Assembly (NCBI GenBank): GCA_964384105.1
Contig: CAYLJV010000001.1
Coordinates: forward strand, 384,001-448,000
Direction: 5' to 3'
Source of the DNA: Candidatus Hadarchaeota archaeon
GTDB taxonomy: Archaea > Hadarchaeota > Hadarchaeia > Hadarchaeales > JAGGTB01
Length of the DNA stretch: 64,000 bases
The notes under the pieces: generated by a model
Told to the model about the DNA's origin: nothing
What the model saw: the letters and a program-made list of their open reading frames with translations, nothing else
Databases searched by the model: none
Program-made: the position numbers and the translations under genes
In this document: piece by piece, positions 18,356 through 28,783 of the stretch
Layout of the letters: each line of letters starts with the position of its first letter
Position numbering within the stretch: the stretch's first letter is position 1

Positions 18356-19621
18356 TTGGTGAACAAATTGACTAATCAAATTAGAAAAAAAATTGGTGAG
18401 GCAAATAATGAAGTAGTTGAAAAAATTATGGAGTCCCACCCAGTGCTGGTGGACATAGCTCCAGCAATTGATGCTGTTCCAGGTATGGAAAGTGATATGC
18501 TTCTATATGGAGGCCCACCTAATTGTTGGGAAGACATGATAGATCCTGTAAAAGGAGCGGCAATTGGTGCTTCTATTTATGAAGGATGGACAAGTTCAGA
18601 GGATGAAGCTATTTCCTATATAGAGGATGGAAAGGTAAAATTTTCGCCAACAGCCGATCATTCTGCAGGTGCTCCGATGGCGGGAATTATTTCACCATCT
18701 ATGCCTGTATTCGTGATTAAAAACAAGACTTATGGTAATTATACATTTTCAAACGTAAACGAGGGTTTGGGGAAGACTCTTCGTTACGGTGCTTATGATA
18801 ATGAGGTGATTACAACTCTTCGCTGGATAGAGAAAACGCTAATGCCTGTTTTAAAAGAGGTATTGGAGAAACATGGTGAAATAGACGTTAAAAGATTGAT
18901 AATCGGAGCGATACATAGGGGTGATGAATGTCATAATAGGAACAAGACAGCATCCAATCTATTATTGAAGCCACTTGCTTCAGCTCTTTTTAGAACAAGT
19001 GTAGATCGAGAAGAAGCGGCACAGGTGTTAGATTTCATAAATGGAAATCCACATTTCTTTTTAAACCTCTCTATAGCTTCTAGTATAGCTTGCTTAAATG
19101 CAGCTCACGATGTTAAATACAGCACCATTGTTACCCGACTTTGTACAAATGGTTCTGATTTTGGCTTGAAACTGAGCGGTTTAAATGAAGAGTGGATAAC
19201 TGCTCCTTCCAAGCTAGCTGAGGGTAGCTATTTTGAAGGTTATGACGAAAAAGATGCTGCACCTGTTTTTGGTGACTCTTATAATTCCGAGCCAGCAGGT
19301 TTGGGTGGCTTTGCGATGGCAGCTGCTCCTGCTATTGGTAGCTTTATAGGAATTTCACCTGAAGAATGTATTGATTATACAAAAGAGATGTATAGAATAA
19401 CTGTAACGGAACATAAATACTACAAAATACCACATTTGGGCTATAGAGGTACTCCTCTAGGTATTGATATTCGGAAGGTAGTAAAGACAGGTATATTACC
19501 AATAATAAATACTGGTATATCCCACAAAGATAGAGGAAAGGGACAAATAGGTGCAGGCATAGTTAGACCGCCTCTGGAACTTTTCAAAAAAGCTTGGAAG
19601 AAATTTGAAAATTTCTATTAA
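18356..19621 (+). CDS. DUF1116 family protein (YlbE/AllG-like)
   Basis: LLYGGPP, APMAGIISPSMPV, NEGLGKTLRYGA, GDECHNRN, PIINTGISHK...GQIGAG. Confidence 0.85.
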   Translation: MVNKLTNQIRKKIGEANNEVVEKIMESHPVLVDIAPAIDAVPGMESDMLLYGGPPNCWEDMIDPVKGAAIGASIYEGWTSSEDEAISYIEDGKVKFSPTADHSAGAPMAGIISPSMPVFVIKNKTYGNYTFSNVNEGLGKTLRYGAYDNEVITTLRWIEKTLMPVLKEVLEKHGEIDVKRLIIGAIHRGDECHNRNKTASNLLLKPLASALFRTSVDREEAAQVLDFINGNPHFFLNLSIASSIACLNAAHDVKYSTIVTRLCTNGSDFGLKLSGLNEEWITAPSKLAEGSYFEGYDEKDAAPVFGDSYNSEPAGLGGFAMAAAPAIGSFIGISPEECIDYTKEMYRITVTEHKYYKIPHLGYRGTPLGIDIRKVVKTGILPIINTGISHKDRGKGQIGAGIVRPPLELFKKAWKKFENFY

Positions 19622-19706
19622 TACGTAGAAATTTTAGGGATTTGGAAATTCTGTCGGAAAGATATATATACAAGCTAAGAGCGAATTCTCAAAGAGGAGA
19701 TTAGTT

Positions 19707-20282
19707 ATGAATGAAAAGAAGGGATTTTTAAATGACGAGAGGCTCGAAAAGCTAGATATACCAGAAAATGTTGAGTCCGTAGCAGAGGAGATTTATCAGA
19801 AAGCTTCAGAAAAAGATGTTTTGTTGGGATATTCTTCGGAGGATACTATAGCGAGTGTTTTGTATACTTCTTGCAGAAAAGTTGGTGCTTATCGTCCTCT
19901 TGATGATTTTATTAAATTGTATGAAACGGATCGGAAGAGAGTAAGTCAAAGTTACAAGAAAATTGTTCGTGGTCTTGATCTAAGGATTCCTCCTTTTGAC
20001 ATACTTAAATGTACGAACTACCTACTGAAAAAGTTGGATTTATTAGAAGAACTTGAAGAAACTGTGAGTGATATTTTTAAAAAAATTGATACAAAAAACG
20101 TTGCGTACGGTAAAAATCCTTTTTCGATTTCAGCTGCTATTGTTTATTTGGCTTGTGACAAAGAAAACATTAGCATAACACAAAATATGGTTTCGGAGGC
20201 CGCGGGGGTTTCGAGTGTTACATTACGTTCGCGTTTAAAAGAGATAAAAAAAGAATTGGCAGATTCTAGTAATATACAATAA
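19707..20282 (+). CDS. Transcription factor TFB paralog, cyclin-fold core only
   Basis: Two TFIIB repeats (ASVLYTSCR..RPLDDF; GKNPFSISAAIVYLA..TQNMVSEAAGVSSVTLRSRLKEI); no N-terminal Zn ribbon. Confidence 0.85.
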   Translation: MNEKKGFLNDERLEKLDIPENVESVAEEIYQKASEKDVLLGYSSEDTIASVLYTSCRKVGAYRPLDDFIKLYETDRKRVSQSYKKIVRGLDLRIPPFDILKCTNYLLKKLDLLEELEETVSDIFKKIDTKNVAYGKNPFSISAAIVYLACDKENISITQNMVSEAAGVSSVTLRSRLKEIKKELADSSNIQ

Positions 20283-20409
20283 AAATTTCCTTTTAGCCTA
20301 CTAGTATTTTTTGTAAAATCCAGCTTTTGATAAGTTAATTGGTGGTATAAAAACTATATTAATTTTAGAAAGGTTTATTAACGACCGCTCACTACTAACG
20401 TTTGGTTAT

Positions 20410-21987
20410 ATGAAGGAGATTAAGGCTACTAATAGGGTTATCCATATTCCGGAGAAATCCTCAAATCATGATGTTGTTTTCAAAGAATTGATTGATATTG
20501 TTGGAGAGGAATATGTTAGAGATGACCTTGGTACTAACTATGTTTATTCCAAAAATATGACGGAGTTTGAGCAGTATCTTCCTGAATATGTTGTTGCCCC
20601 AGGTTCTACTGAGGAGGTCAGCGAGATAATAAAATTAGCGAATGAGCATAAAGTCCCGATTCAGTGTCAAGTGAAGGGGCTAAACATGGGGGATTGTCAT
20701 ATGTTGCTCGATGGTGGCTTGTTAATTGATTTAAGGAGAATGAGTTCTGTATTAGACGTTGATGAAGATTCTTCATATGCATTATGCGAGGCTGGAGTAA
20801 GCTTTGCGGATTTGAGAAAAGAGTTGAGAGAAAATCACCCTGATTTTATTGTAAATTATGGTTTTATGCCTGCAAGTTGCGGAATAGTGGCAAATGCTCT
20901 CGTTGAAGGGCATCTACAGTATTCAAATAAATACGGTTGTTCTTACCATAATCTCCTCTCGGCGGAGGTAGTACTTCCAACAGGCGAAATTGTAAAAGTC
21001 GGTGCAAGAGGACTAGTAAATTCTTGGAATCGTAGATCTGCGACTCCGGATTTATTGGGTCTGTTTTCGGGTGGATGGTATGGAACAACTGGAATCGTAA
21101 CGAAAGCTGCTATAAGGATAATTCCAAAGCCGAAATTTAGTGAAACCGTGTTTGTAACTACACCGAATATAAAGTCTGCTTGTGAAATGCCTAGAAGATT
21201 GGCTGCTTCCCATTTGTGTGATGGTATAGGAAGTGTGGACTGGCGAATGTGTATGCTTGTTGGGGGTAGTAAGAAAGCCGAGGATGTTCCGAATGAGCGG
21301 CCTGAGGGATGGCCTGAAACTTCTATGGATGTGAGTTTTTCTTCATATGTGAGTGAAGAAGAATTCGAACTAAAAAGAAAAAATATTGAATCGATTGCAG
21401 AAGAGTTGGATGGCGAAGTATTACCTCTTGATGGATTTGGGTATGAAACAGAAAGATTCTGTAGCCTTCCGATGGTTGAAGGAGCTCCAGGAGGCGTAGG
21501 CCCATTTTTTGCAGGTGCTGGAAAGGGATCTGGTCTTTCATGGATCGGAGGATTGGGTGAGGATAAATATTATGAAGATTTGTATGAAGGTACACTGGAA
21601 ATATTTGATAAATATCCTGATATTTTCCCACAAATTTGCATGTACGAAATGAGTCATGGTCACGTTGGTTGTTTTAGAGAAATAGTCTCTTTTGATAGAG
21701 CTGACCCAGATCAAGTAAACCAGGTTAGAAATGCACACAAAGAAGTCGTTAAAATGATGTATGATCATGGATACACCCTTTACAAAGCTCCGAAGTTTGC
21801 TACTGATATTTTGATGAAGGATTATGCTGACAGTGAATTCTTAAATTTAATGAAAAAAGTGAGAAAGACGCTAGATCCGAGTGGAATTATGGCGCCGAAG
21901 AGATGGAACCTTTCCGATGATGATGACGTTTATAAGTATTATGGTGGAAGTGAACCAGACTTAGATACAAAGGAAGGTGGTGAGTGA
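20410..21987 (+). CDS. FAD-binding oxidoreductase (GlcD / D-lactate dehydrogenase / VAO family)
   Basis: PEYVVAPGSTEEVSEIIKLAN, AEVVLPTGEIV, GTTGIVTKA, LDPSGIMAP. Confidence 0.88.
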   Translation: MKEIKATNRVIHIPEKSSNHDVVFKELIDIVGEEYVRDDLGTNYVYSKNMTEFEQYLPEYVVAPGSTEEVSEIIKLANEHKVPIQCQVKGLNMGDCHMLLDGGLLIDLRRMSSVLDVDEDSSYALCEAGVSFADLRKELRENHPDFIVNYGFMPASCGIVANALVEGHLQYSNKYGCSYHNLLSAEVVLPTGEIVKVGARGLVNSWNRRSATPDLLGLFSGGWYGTTGIVTKAAIRIIPKPKFSETVFVTTPNIKSACEMPRRLAASHLCDGIGSVDWRMCMLVGGSKKAEDVPNERPEGWPETSMDVSFSSYVSEEEFELKRKNIESIAEELDGEVLPLDGFGYETERFCSLPMVEGAPGGVGPFFAGAGKGSGLSWIGGLGEDKYYEDLYEGTLEIFDKYPDIFPQICMYEMSHGHVGCFREIVSFDRADPDQVNQVRNAHKEVVKMMYDHGYTLYKAPKFATDILMKDYADSEFLNLMKKVRKTLDPSGIMAPKRWNLSDDDDVYKYYGGSEPDLDTKEGGE

Positions 21988-23270
21988 AGTTGGAAGAGAG
22001 GATTAAGCAAGTGGAGGAGCATATAGAAAAGGTCAGAAGCAAAGAAAAGACCCCATTTAAGGAACTTGACGATTGGGTGTACAAATGTACAGGATGCTCG
22101 AGCTGTCAAGGTTTCTACAGGGAAAATCCACCATTACATCCCCCGATAGAGCATTGGAGGGGGGAACAAACGTATGATCAAACTTGCCCTATAATGTCTG
22201 GTAGTCGTTTTGAAGTTGAAACTCCTTCTGGTCTTCTCTGGTCTATTAAGGGTTATCTTGAAGGAATTATACCGATGAAAGAAGAAGCTCTCGAAAGATT
22301 GTTTAAATGTACTAGTTGCGCAGCTTGTGAATATGAGTGCTATGGGGATCATGGTGAAAAAATTAGCAAGATTATTAGATCAGTTCGTGAGAACCAGATA
22401 AAAGAGGGCAAAGTCCCGCCTAAGATTAGGGATTTTTTAGAGAATATTTATGTCACTAATAATCCGTGGGGGTCTCCGAAAAGTAGGAGAATGGAATGGT
22501 CAAAAGAACTTGATAATATTAAAGAGTATGATTCTGATGATGAATACTTGTACTATGTTGGCTGCGTGGGTTCTTATGATGAATATAGCCAAACAATGAC
22601 AAGTAATACATACACCCTATTGAATAAGGCTGGTATTTCATTTGGTATATTATCAGATGAAATCTGTGATGGTGCTGAAGTAAATCAGATCGGTGAAACA
22701 GGGTTGTATGAGGAATTAGCAAGGCAGAATATTGAGAAATTCAAAAATTTAGGTGTTAAGAAGATAGTTGCTCTTTCACCTCATGCGTATGATGTTTTTA
22801 AGAACGAATACCCATTTGAAGAAAAATATCCGGAATTTGAAGAAGTTATACATTATACTCAATTGTTATCCGAGGTTATTCAAGAAGGAAAGTTAAACAC
22901 AGGCAATTATGAGGCTAAAGTTACTTATCATGATCCCTGTTATTTGGGCAGACACAACGATATATATGAGGAACCAAGAGATGTGCTAAAGTCAATAGAT
23001 GGGATTGAACTCATCGAAATGAGACGTACGAAAAACAGGTCTTTTTGTTGCGGTGGAGCAACTGGAAATTTCTATACGGATATGATAAGTTCGAGCGTAG
23101 GTAATGCAAGTCGAGATAGAATCATAGAGGCTTATGAAAATGATGCAGAAATTTTAGCAGTTTCTTGTCCAATATGCATGACCATGTTGAAAGACGCGGT
23201 GAAACAAGAAAATCTTGAAAAGGAACTGGCTGTAATGGACATTTCGGAGATAGTAATTAAATCACTATGA
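21984..23270 (+). CDS. Fe-S oxidoreductase, HdrD/GlpC-like (4Fe-4S plus CCG domains)
   Basis: CTGCSSC, CTSCAACEYEC, YHDPCYLGRH, CCGG, SCPIC. Confidence 0.88.
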   Translation: MKLEERIKQVEEHIEKVRSKEKTPFKELDDWVYKCTGCSSCQGFYRENPPLHPPIEHWRGEQTYDQTCPIMSGSRFEVETPSGLLWSIKGYLEGIIPMKEEALERLFKCTSCAACEYECYGDHGEKISKIIRSVRENQIKEGKVPPKIRDFLENIYVTNNPWGSPKSRRMEWSKELDNIKEYDSDDEYLYYVGCVGSYDEYSQTMTSNTYTLLNKAGISFGILSDEICDGAEVNQIGETGLYEELARQNIEKFKNLGVKKIVALSPHAYDVFKNEYPFEEKYPEFEEVIHYTQLLSEVIQEGKLNTGNYEAKVTYHDPCYLGRHNDIYEEPRDVLKSIDGIELIEMRRTKNRSFCCGGATGNFYTDMISSSVGNASRDRIIEAYENDAEILAVSCPICMTMLKDAVKQENLEKELAVMDISEIVIKSL

Positions 23271-23317
23271 GATTCCTTGGAAACATAGTTTTGTATTTTT
23301 TACATTTTTTTGTTACG

Positions 23318-23337
23318 CGAAATGTTTATATATGACT
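23318..23337 (+). promoter_or_regulatory. BRE/TATA promoter of etfBA
   Basis: CGAAATGTTTATATATGACT. Confidence 0.75.
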
Positions 23338-23368
23338 GGGTTAGAAGACTAGAATGTTGGTGTAATTT

Positions 23369-24169
23369 GTGAAAATTTGCGTTTGCGTGAAAAGGGTGCC
23401 TGCTTCTTTGGAGGACATTGAACTCACGGAAAGTGGGGAAATAGAAGAGAAATACTTGAGTTTCGGTATTAATGAGTACGATACTTATTCTCTCGAGGAA
23501 GCAGTGCAATTGAAGGAGAATATCGGTGGGGAAGTAATTGTCGTGATTTTGGGACCTGAAGAAGCAAATGAGATTGCAAAACAGTGTATCGCAAAGGGTG
23601 CAGATCGAGCTATAAGAATATTCGATCAATCGTTACATGAAAAACAGATAGAAGATGTTTACTGTAAATCGATGATCATGAAAAATGTTTTTGAAGACTT
23701 AAATCCCGATTTGATCTTTACTGGAGCACAGTCAAACGATGGATGCCACGCTCAGTTTGGAGTTACGTTGGCAGCTTTATTGGGTTTTCATTATGCATCG
23801 TTAGTTTCTGAATTAGATCTGAATTTCGATTCCAAAAAGGCTATAGTTCAAAGAGAACTTGAGGGAGGTATAGAAGAAAAAGTAGAAATAAGCTTACCAG
23901 CTGTTCTTACTGTCCAAACAGGTTTAAACGAACCCAGATATGCTTCTCTTATGGCGATAAGAAGGGTTAATGATTCAAATATTGAATTTAAGGATTTTGA
24001 TAGCATTGGATTAGATGCAAGGGATCTAGAAGAGACCTTTTTTATGACAGAAATAGAAAGGCTTTACAAGCCTCCAGAAACTGAAATGGCAGAAATTTTT
24101 GAAGGGTCTCCTGAAGAATCAGCTTCCAAATTGTTTGATAAATTGGATGAAGATGGCTTGGTGAATTAA
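23369..24169 (+). CDS. etfB: Electron transfer flavoprotein beta subunit
   Basis: MKICVCVKRVP, INEYDTYSLEEA, AKGADRAI, GAQSND, NEPRYASL. Confidence 0.93.
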   Translation: MKICVCVKRVPASLEDIELTESGEIEEKYLSFGINEYDTYSLEEAVQLKENIGGEVIVVILGPEEANEIAKQCIAKGADRAIRIFDQSLHEKQIEDVYCKSMIMKNVFEDLNPDLIFTGAQSNDGCHAQFGVTLAALLGFHYASLVSELDLNFDSKKAIVQRELEGGIEEKVEISLPAVLTVQTGLNEPRYASLMAIRRVNDSNIEFKDFDSIGLDARDLEETFFMTEIERLYKPPETEMAEIFEGSPEESASKLFDKLDEDGLVN

Positions 24170-24170
24170 A

Positions 24171-25136
24171 ATGGTTTTTGTTTTGGTCGAACATAGAGAT
24201 GGTGAAATAAGAGATATAACCTTTGAAATGTTGCGCTTAGCTTGGGACATTAAAAGTAAAGATGATAAGGAAAAGGTGACCGCAATATTGTTTGCAGAAG
24301 ATACAGAGGGTTTATTTTCAGAATTGGATTCTTGGGCCGATGAAGTTTTAACATTTGCCGATCCTAAATTGAAAAATTTTAACGCCGATGTTTACAGACA
24401 ACTATTGGAGTCAGTCATTAAAGAGAGAAATCCGAAATTGATTATCTTGGGTCATACTGCTCAGGGGATTAATTTAGCTCCGGCGGTTTCAGCTGATCTT
24501 GGTATCCCTCTGGTGACCTCTGTGAGACACTTAGAGAGGTATGATGGTGGCCCTATAGTTATGCGAACTATGTATGGGGAAAAAATTAATTCAGATATTA
24601 AATTTAAAAAAAGAGATCAGTATATGATTACACTCCAAGCTGGATCTTTTGCTATCGATGAATCACCAGGTGCTACTACCGAAATGGTTGAGATGGACTT
24701 GTCTATTAATGATGACGATATTTTTCAGAAATTTTTGGGCTTTATAGAACCTGAAATAGGTGAAGTCGATATATCTTCATCTGAATTTCTTGTAGCCGTT
24801 GGACGAGGTATAGGTGAAAAAGCTAATATGGACATTATCGAGGAACTTGCGGATCTTTTAAATGCCGATATATGTTGCTCTAGACCGGTTATAGACAATG
24901 GATGGCTTTCTAAAGATAGGCAAGTTGGGCAAAGTGGTAAGTACGTTAAGCCAAAGCTCTATGTGGCCGTAGGAATTAGTGGTGCTCTTCAACACACGAT
25001 TGGGATTAAGGGAGGTACAATAGTCGCAATTAATAAGGATGCCCAAGCTCCAATATTCAAATTTGCAGATTATGGAATTGTTGGAGATTTGTTTGATGTT
25101 GTACCTGCACTCGTCGATAAACTAAAAGAATCATAG
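24171..25136 (+). CDS. etfA: Electron transfer flavoprotein alpha subunit
   Basis: VAVGRG, SRPVID, QVGQSGK, GISGALQH, AINKD..APIF. Confidence 0.95.
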   Translation: MVFVLVEHRDGEIRDITFEMLRLAWDIKSKDDKEKVTAILFAEDTEGLFSELDSWADEVLTFADPKLKNFNADVYRQLLESVIKERNPKLIILGHTAQGINLAPAVSADLGIPLVTSVRHLERYDGGPIVMRTMYGEKINSDIKFKKRDQYMITLQAGSFAIDESPGATTEMVEMDLSINDDDIFQKFLGFIEPEIGEVDISSSEFLVAVGRGIGEKANMDIIEELADLLNADICCSRPVIDNGWLSKDRQVGQSGKYVKPKLYVAVGISGALQHTIGIKGGTIVAINKDAQAPIFKFADYGIVGDLFDVVPALVDKLKES

Positions 25137-25234
25137 TGAATACTGGTGGCGGTCCTCTTTATTGCTCTTTAATCATAATCCCCAATTTCTTCAACGTAAA
25201 GTTTATATATGGGTGAGGCGGAGTTAACCATAAC

Positions 25235-26374
25235 TTGGTGATTCTTTTGGAAAGTACAGTTCCCGATTCAGAGGAAAGAGATAGAATAAAGAGTTATTTC
25301 AAGGCTGACATAGATTTTTGCTACCAATGTGGTGGATGTACAGGAGTATGTCCTTGGGGTGAGCTGACAGATTTTAATCCCAGGAAACTCATTCGTATTG
25401 CTCAACTGGGTTTATCAAATCTGACTTCCGAGGATATATGGTATTGCACATCTTGCTCCGAGTGTGTTGATCATTGTCCTCACCAAATTCTAGTACCCGA
25501 GATTATGAGTAGTCTTAGAGCGTCTAATATTGAGAAGGGGAAATTACCAAAACCAGCCCAGGAGGCACTTGAAAGCTTATATAGCTTAGGAAACCCTTGG
25601 GGTGGCAGTAAAAGGAAAAGAATAGAATGGACTAAAGATCTGAATATAAGCGAATATGAAGACCAAGAGGTTCTTTGGTGGGTGGGTTGTACCCCTGCTT
25701 ATGATGAAAGAAGTCAGGAAGTAGCGAAGGTTTTAACAAAAATTTTTGATGCGATAGACGTTGATTTCGGAATTCTTGGGCTGGAAGAGCAGTGTTGCGC
25801 AGAAATGGCTTTATGGTTGGGGGAGGTGGGACTTTTTGAAAGCTTTGTTGAGAAAAATTTAGAGATTTTTAAAAATTCGGGAGCAGAAAAGATAATCACC
25901 ACATCTCCGCACTGTTATGATGTTTTTAGGAATAGATATCCGGATATTGGAATTGACTTTTTGCATTATACACAGTATTTACATGAAAAGTTAGGTGATT
26001 TTAGATTTTCAAATGAATTCAATTTCAACGTTATTTATCAGGATCCTTGCACTCTTGCTCGTCGTAACGAAGTCTACGAAGAACCACGGGTTCTTTTACA
26101 GAAAGTGCCAGGTCTGAACTTATTGGAATTGGATAAAAACAGAGGGATGGCTCTGTGCTGTGGAGGTGGTGGTGGCAGAATTTTGATGGAAACCGATCCT
26201 GAAGAGAGATTCTCGAATATTATCCTCGAAAATGCTTTGAATAAAGGTGCTGAAGTTCTTGCTACGACATGTCCGTTTTGCCTGCTAAATTTTGAGGATA
26301 GTGTAAAGACGCTTGGCGTTGAAGATCAAATTAGAATAATGGACATCTCGGAAATCTTGTTTAAAGCTCTTTGA
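25235..26374 (+). CDS. HdrD-like Fe-S/CCG protein
   Basis: CYQCGGCTGVCP, CTSCSECVDHCP, EQCC, QDPC, LCCGGGGG, TCPFC. Confidence 0.88.
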   Translation: MVILLESTVPDSEERDRIKSYFKADIDFCYQCGGCTGVCPWGELTDFNPRKLIRIAQLGLSNLTSEDIWYCTSCSECVDHCPHQILVPEIMSSLRASNIEKGKLPKPAQEALESLYSLGNPWGGSKRKRIEWTKDLNISEYEDQEVLWWVGCTPAYDERSQEVAKVLTKIFDAIDVDFGILGLEEQCCAEMALWLGEVGLFESFVEKNLEIFKNSGAEKIITTSPHCYDVFRNRYPDIGIDFLHYTQYLHEKLGDFRFSNEFNFNVIYQDPCTLARRNEVYEEPRVLLQKVPGLNLLELDKNRGMALCCGGGGGRILMETDPEERFSNIILENALNKGAEVLATTCPFCLLNFEDSVKTLGVEDQIRIMDISEILFKAL

Positions 26375-26384
26375 GGAGATAAAA

Positions 26385-28361
26385 TTGACGAATGATAAAG
26401 ATGAAAGAATAGGAGTATATGTTTGCCATTGCGGGACAAATATAGCGGGGACTGTTGATGTTAAAGAAGTTGTCAAATTTGCTGCTAATTTAGACGGTGT
26501 AGTCGTTTCTAGGGATTATGAATTTATGTGTTCGGATCTTGGACAAAAGCTGATAGCAAAAGATATTGAAAAATTAGATTTGAATAGGGTAGTAGTCGCT
26601 GCTTGTTCTCCGACGCTCCATGAAGAGACTTTTATGCGAGTTATGGAGAATGCGGGGTTAAATAGATTTGAATTTTTACAAGCAAATATAAGGGAATTAT
26701 GTTCGTGGGTAACTATTGATGGGTTGAAGGCAACAGAAAAAGCAAAGAGATTAGTTAAGGCTGCAGTTAACAGAGTCATAGAGCATGACCCTATAGAAAT
26801 TCGCGAAATTGAAGTTACCCCTAAGGCTTTGGTGGTTGGAGGTGGCATTGCGGGTATAGAGGCTGCTTTGGATATTGCAGGTTCAGGTAAGGAAGTATAC
26901 CTGATTGAAAAATCTCCTAGTATTGGGGGTCATATGGCTAAGCTTGATAAGACCTTTCCGACACTTGACTGTTCTAGTTGTATTCTTACTCCTAAAATGG
27001 GTGAAGTTTTACATAGTCCTAAAATATCTCTGATGACTTACACCGAGGTAGAATCTGTCGATGGATTTCCTGGGAATTACAAGGTCAGATTAAGGAAGAA
27101 TGCTAGGTACGTTGATGAGGAGAAGTGCAATGGTTGTGGTATTTGTCAGGAGAAATGCCCGGCAAAGGTACCTAGTGAATTTAATGAAGGAATGAGTAAT
27201 AGAAAAGCTATATATATTCCGTTTCCGCAGGCGGTTCCTCAAGTTCCGGTTATAGATGAGGGAAACTGTATATACCTTGCTACTGGTAAGTGCCGAACTT
27301 GTCAATTAAATTGTCCTCGTGATGCGATAGATTTTGAGCAGAAAGATGAAATAGTTGAGATTGAGGTAGGGAATATAATTATTGCAACAGGTTACGAGCT
27401 TTTTGATCCTAGTGAGCTTGAACGCTATGGATATAGAAAATACGATAATGTGCTAACTTCTCTAGAAGCCGAAAGAATGATTGACTCAAGTGGACCTACT
27501 GGAGGAAAAATTTTGCTCTCTGATGGAGGGGAACCAGAGAGCGTGGCTATAATACATTGTGTTGGTAGTAGAGACAAAAATTTTCATGAATATTGCTCTA
27601 AGGTTTGTTGCATGTATTCTATGAAATTGGCCCACCTTATTAGAGAGAAAACTGGGGCCAATATTTACGAATTTTATATGGATATTCGTGCTGGTGGTAA
27701 AGGGTATGAAGAATTTTACAATAGATTACAGGAGGAGGGAGTAGTGTTCGTCAGGGGAAAACCGGGGAATATAGAAATAATCAGTGAAGAGGATCAATTA
27801 GTTGTAAAATCGGAGGATACCTTACTGGGGCAGAGGATTAATGTTCCAGTTAATATGGTGATACTTAGTCCTGCAATGATACCTAGTACTGATTCTGATA
27901 AGATTTCTAATGCATTTGCCATAAGTCGTGATAAGGATGGTTTTTTCATGGAGAGACATCCTAAGTTAGCACCGGTTAATACTTCAAGCGATGGTATATT
28001 CTTGGCAGGTGCTTGTCAGGGACCAAAAGACATTCCTGAATCAGTAGCTCAAGGTGCCGCTTCTGCGGAGGAAGCTGTTAAGATGATTGATGCAGGTGTA
28101 CTAAGGCTTGAGCCTTATGTCTCCAAGATCGATGAGGATATTTGCGCAGGTTGTAAGATTTGTATAAGCGTTTGCCCCTTCGATGCTATAGAGTTTGATG
28201 AGGAAAAGGGCGTGTCAAGAGTGGAGGAAACTCTTTGTAAGGGATGTGGCACTTGTGTTTCGGTTTGTCCTTCTGGAGCTGCTGATCAATTTGGATATAG
28301 GGACAAGCAGATTTTTGCGGAAGTTATATCGAATGCTGGTAGATTGGAGGAAAGGTTGTAA
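26385..28361 (+). CDS. hdrA: Heterodisulfide reductase subunit A (electron-bifurcating flavoprotein)
   Basis: IGVYVCHCGTNI, AACSP, GGGIAG, LDKTFPTLDC, CSKVCC, GACQGPKDIP. Confidence 0.96.
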   Translation: MTNDKDERIGVYVCHCGTNIAGTVDVKEVVKFAANLDGVVVSRDYEFMCSDLGQKLIAKDIEKLDLNRVVVAACSPTLHEETFMRVMENAGLNRFEFLQANIRELCSWVTIDGLKATEKAKRLVKAAVNRVIEHDPIEIREIEVTPKALVVGGGIAGIEAALDIAGSGKEVYLIEKSPSIGGHMAKLDKTFPTLDCSSCILTPKMGEVLHSPKISLMTYTEVESVDGFPGNYKVRLRKNARYVDEEKCNGCGICQEKCPAKVPSEFNEGMSNRKAIYIPFPQAVPQVPVIDEGNCIYLATGKCRTCQLNCPRDAIDFEQKDEIVEIEVGNIIIATGYELFDPSELERYGYRKYDNVLTSLEAERMIDSSGPTGGKILLSDGGEPESVAIIHCVGSRDKNFHEYCSKVCCMYSMKLAHLIREKTGANIYEFYMDIRAGGKGYEEFYNRLQEEGVVFVRGKPGNIEIISEEDQLVVKSEDTLLGQRINVPVNMVILSPAMIPSTDSDKISNAFAISRDKDGFFMERHPKLAPVNTSSDGIFLAGACQGPKDIPESVAQGAASAEEAVKMIDAGVLRLEPYVSKIDEDICAGCKICISVCPFDAIEFDEEKGVSRVEETLCKGCGTCVSVCPSGAADQFGYRDKQIFAEVISNAGRLEERL

Positions 28362-28363
28362 TT

Positions 28364-28783
28364 ATGAATGAGTTTGAACCCCGGATAGTAGCTCTTTTAT
28401 GTAGGTGGTGTACTTATCAAGCTGCTGATACTGCAGGTACGAGTAGGATGAAATATCCGTTTAATGTTACCTCTATTAGAGTACCATGCTCTGGTAGAGT
28501 TGATCCCACTTTTGTGCTAAAAGCTTTTGAGGAGGGCGCTGACGGAGTTTTTATCGGTGGATGCCACCCTGGAGAATGCCATTATAGAGAGGGCAACTAC
28601 AGCGCAATGGGTAGGATACCTATTTTGAAGAATTTACTTAGCCAATTTGGCATAGATAAAGAGAGAGTTAGGTTGGAATGGGTTTCTGCTTCCGAACCAA
28701 GTAAGTTTGTCTCAACTGTAACTGATTTTACTGAGGAAATAAGAAAACTTGGGCCTTTGGACTGGGATGAGGTGATACTGTGA
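28364..28783 (+). CDS. mvhD: Hydrogenase iron-sulfur subunit MvhD
   Basis: LCRWC, RVPCSGRVD, GGCHPGECHY, WVSASE. Confidence 0.95.
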   Translation: MNEFEPRIVALLCRWCTYQAADTAGTSRMKYPFNVTSIRVPCSGRVDPTFVLKAFEEGADGVFIGGCHPGECHYREGNYSAMGRIPILKNLLSQFGIDKERVRLEWVSASEPSKFVSTVTDFTEEIRKLGPLDWDEVIL

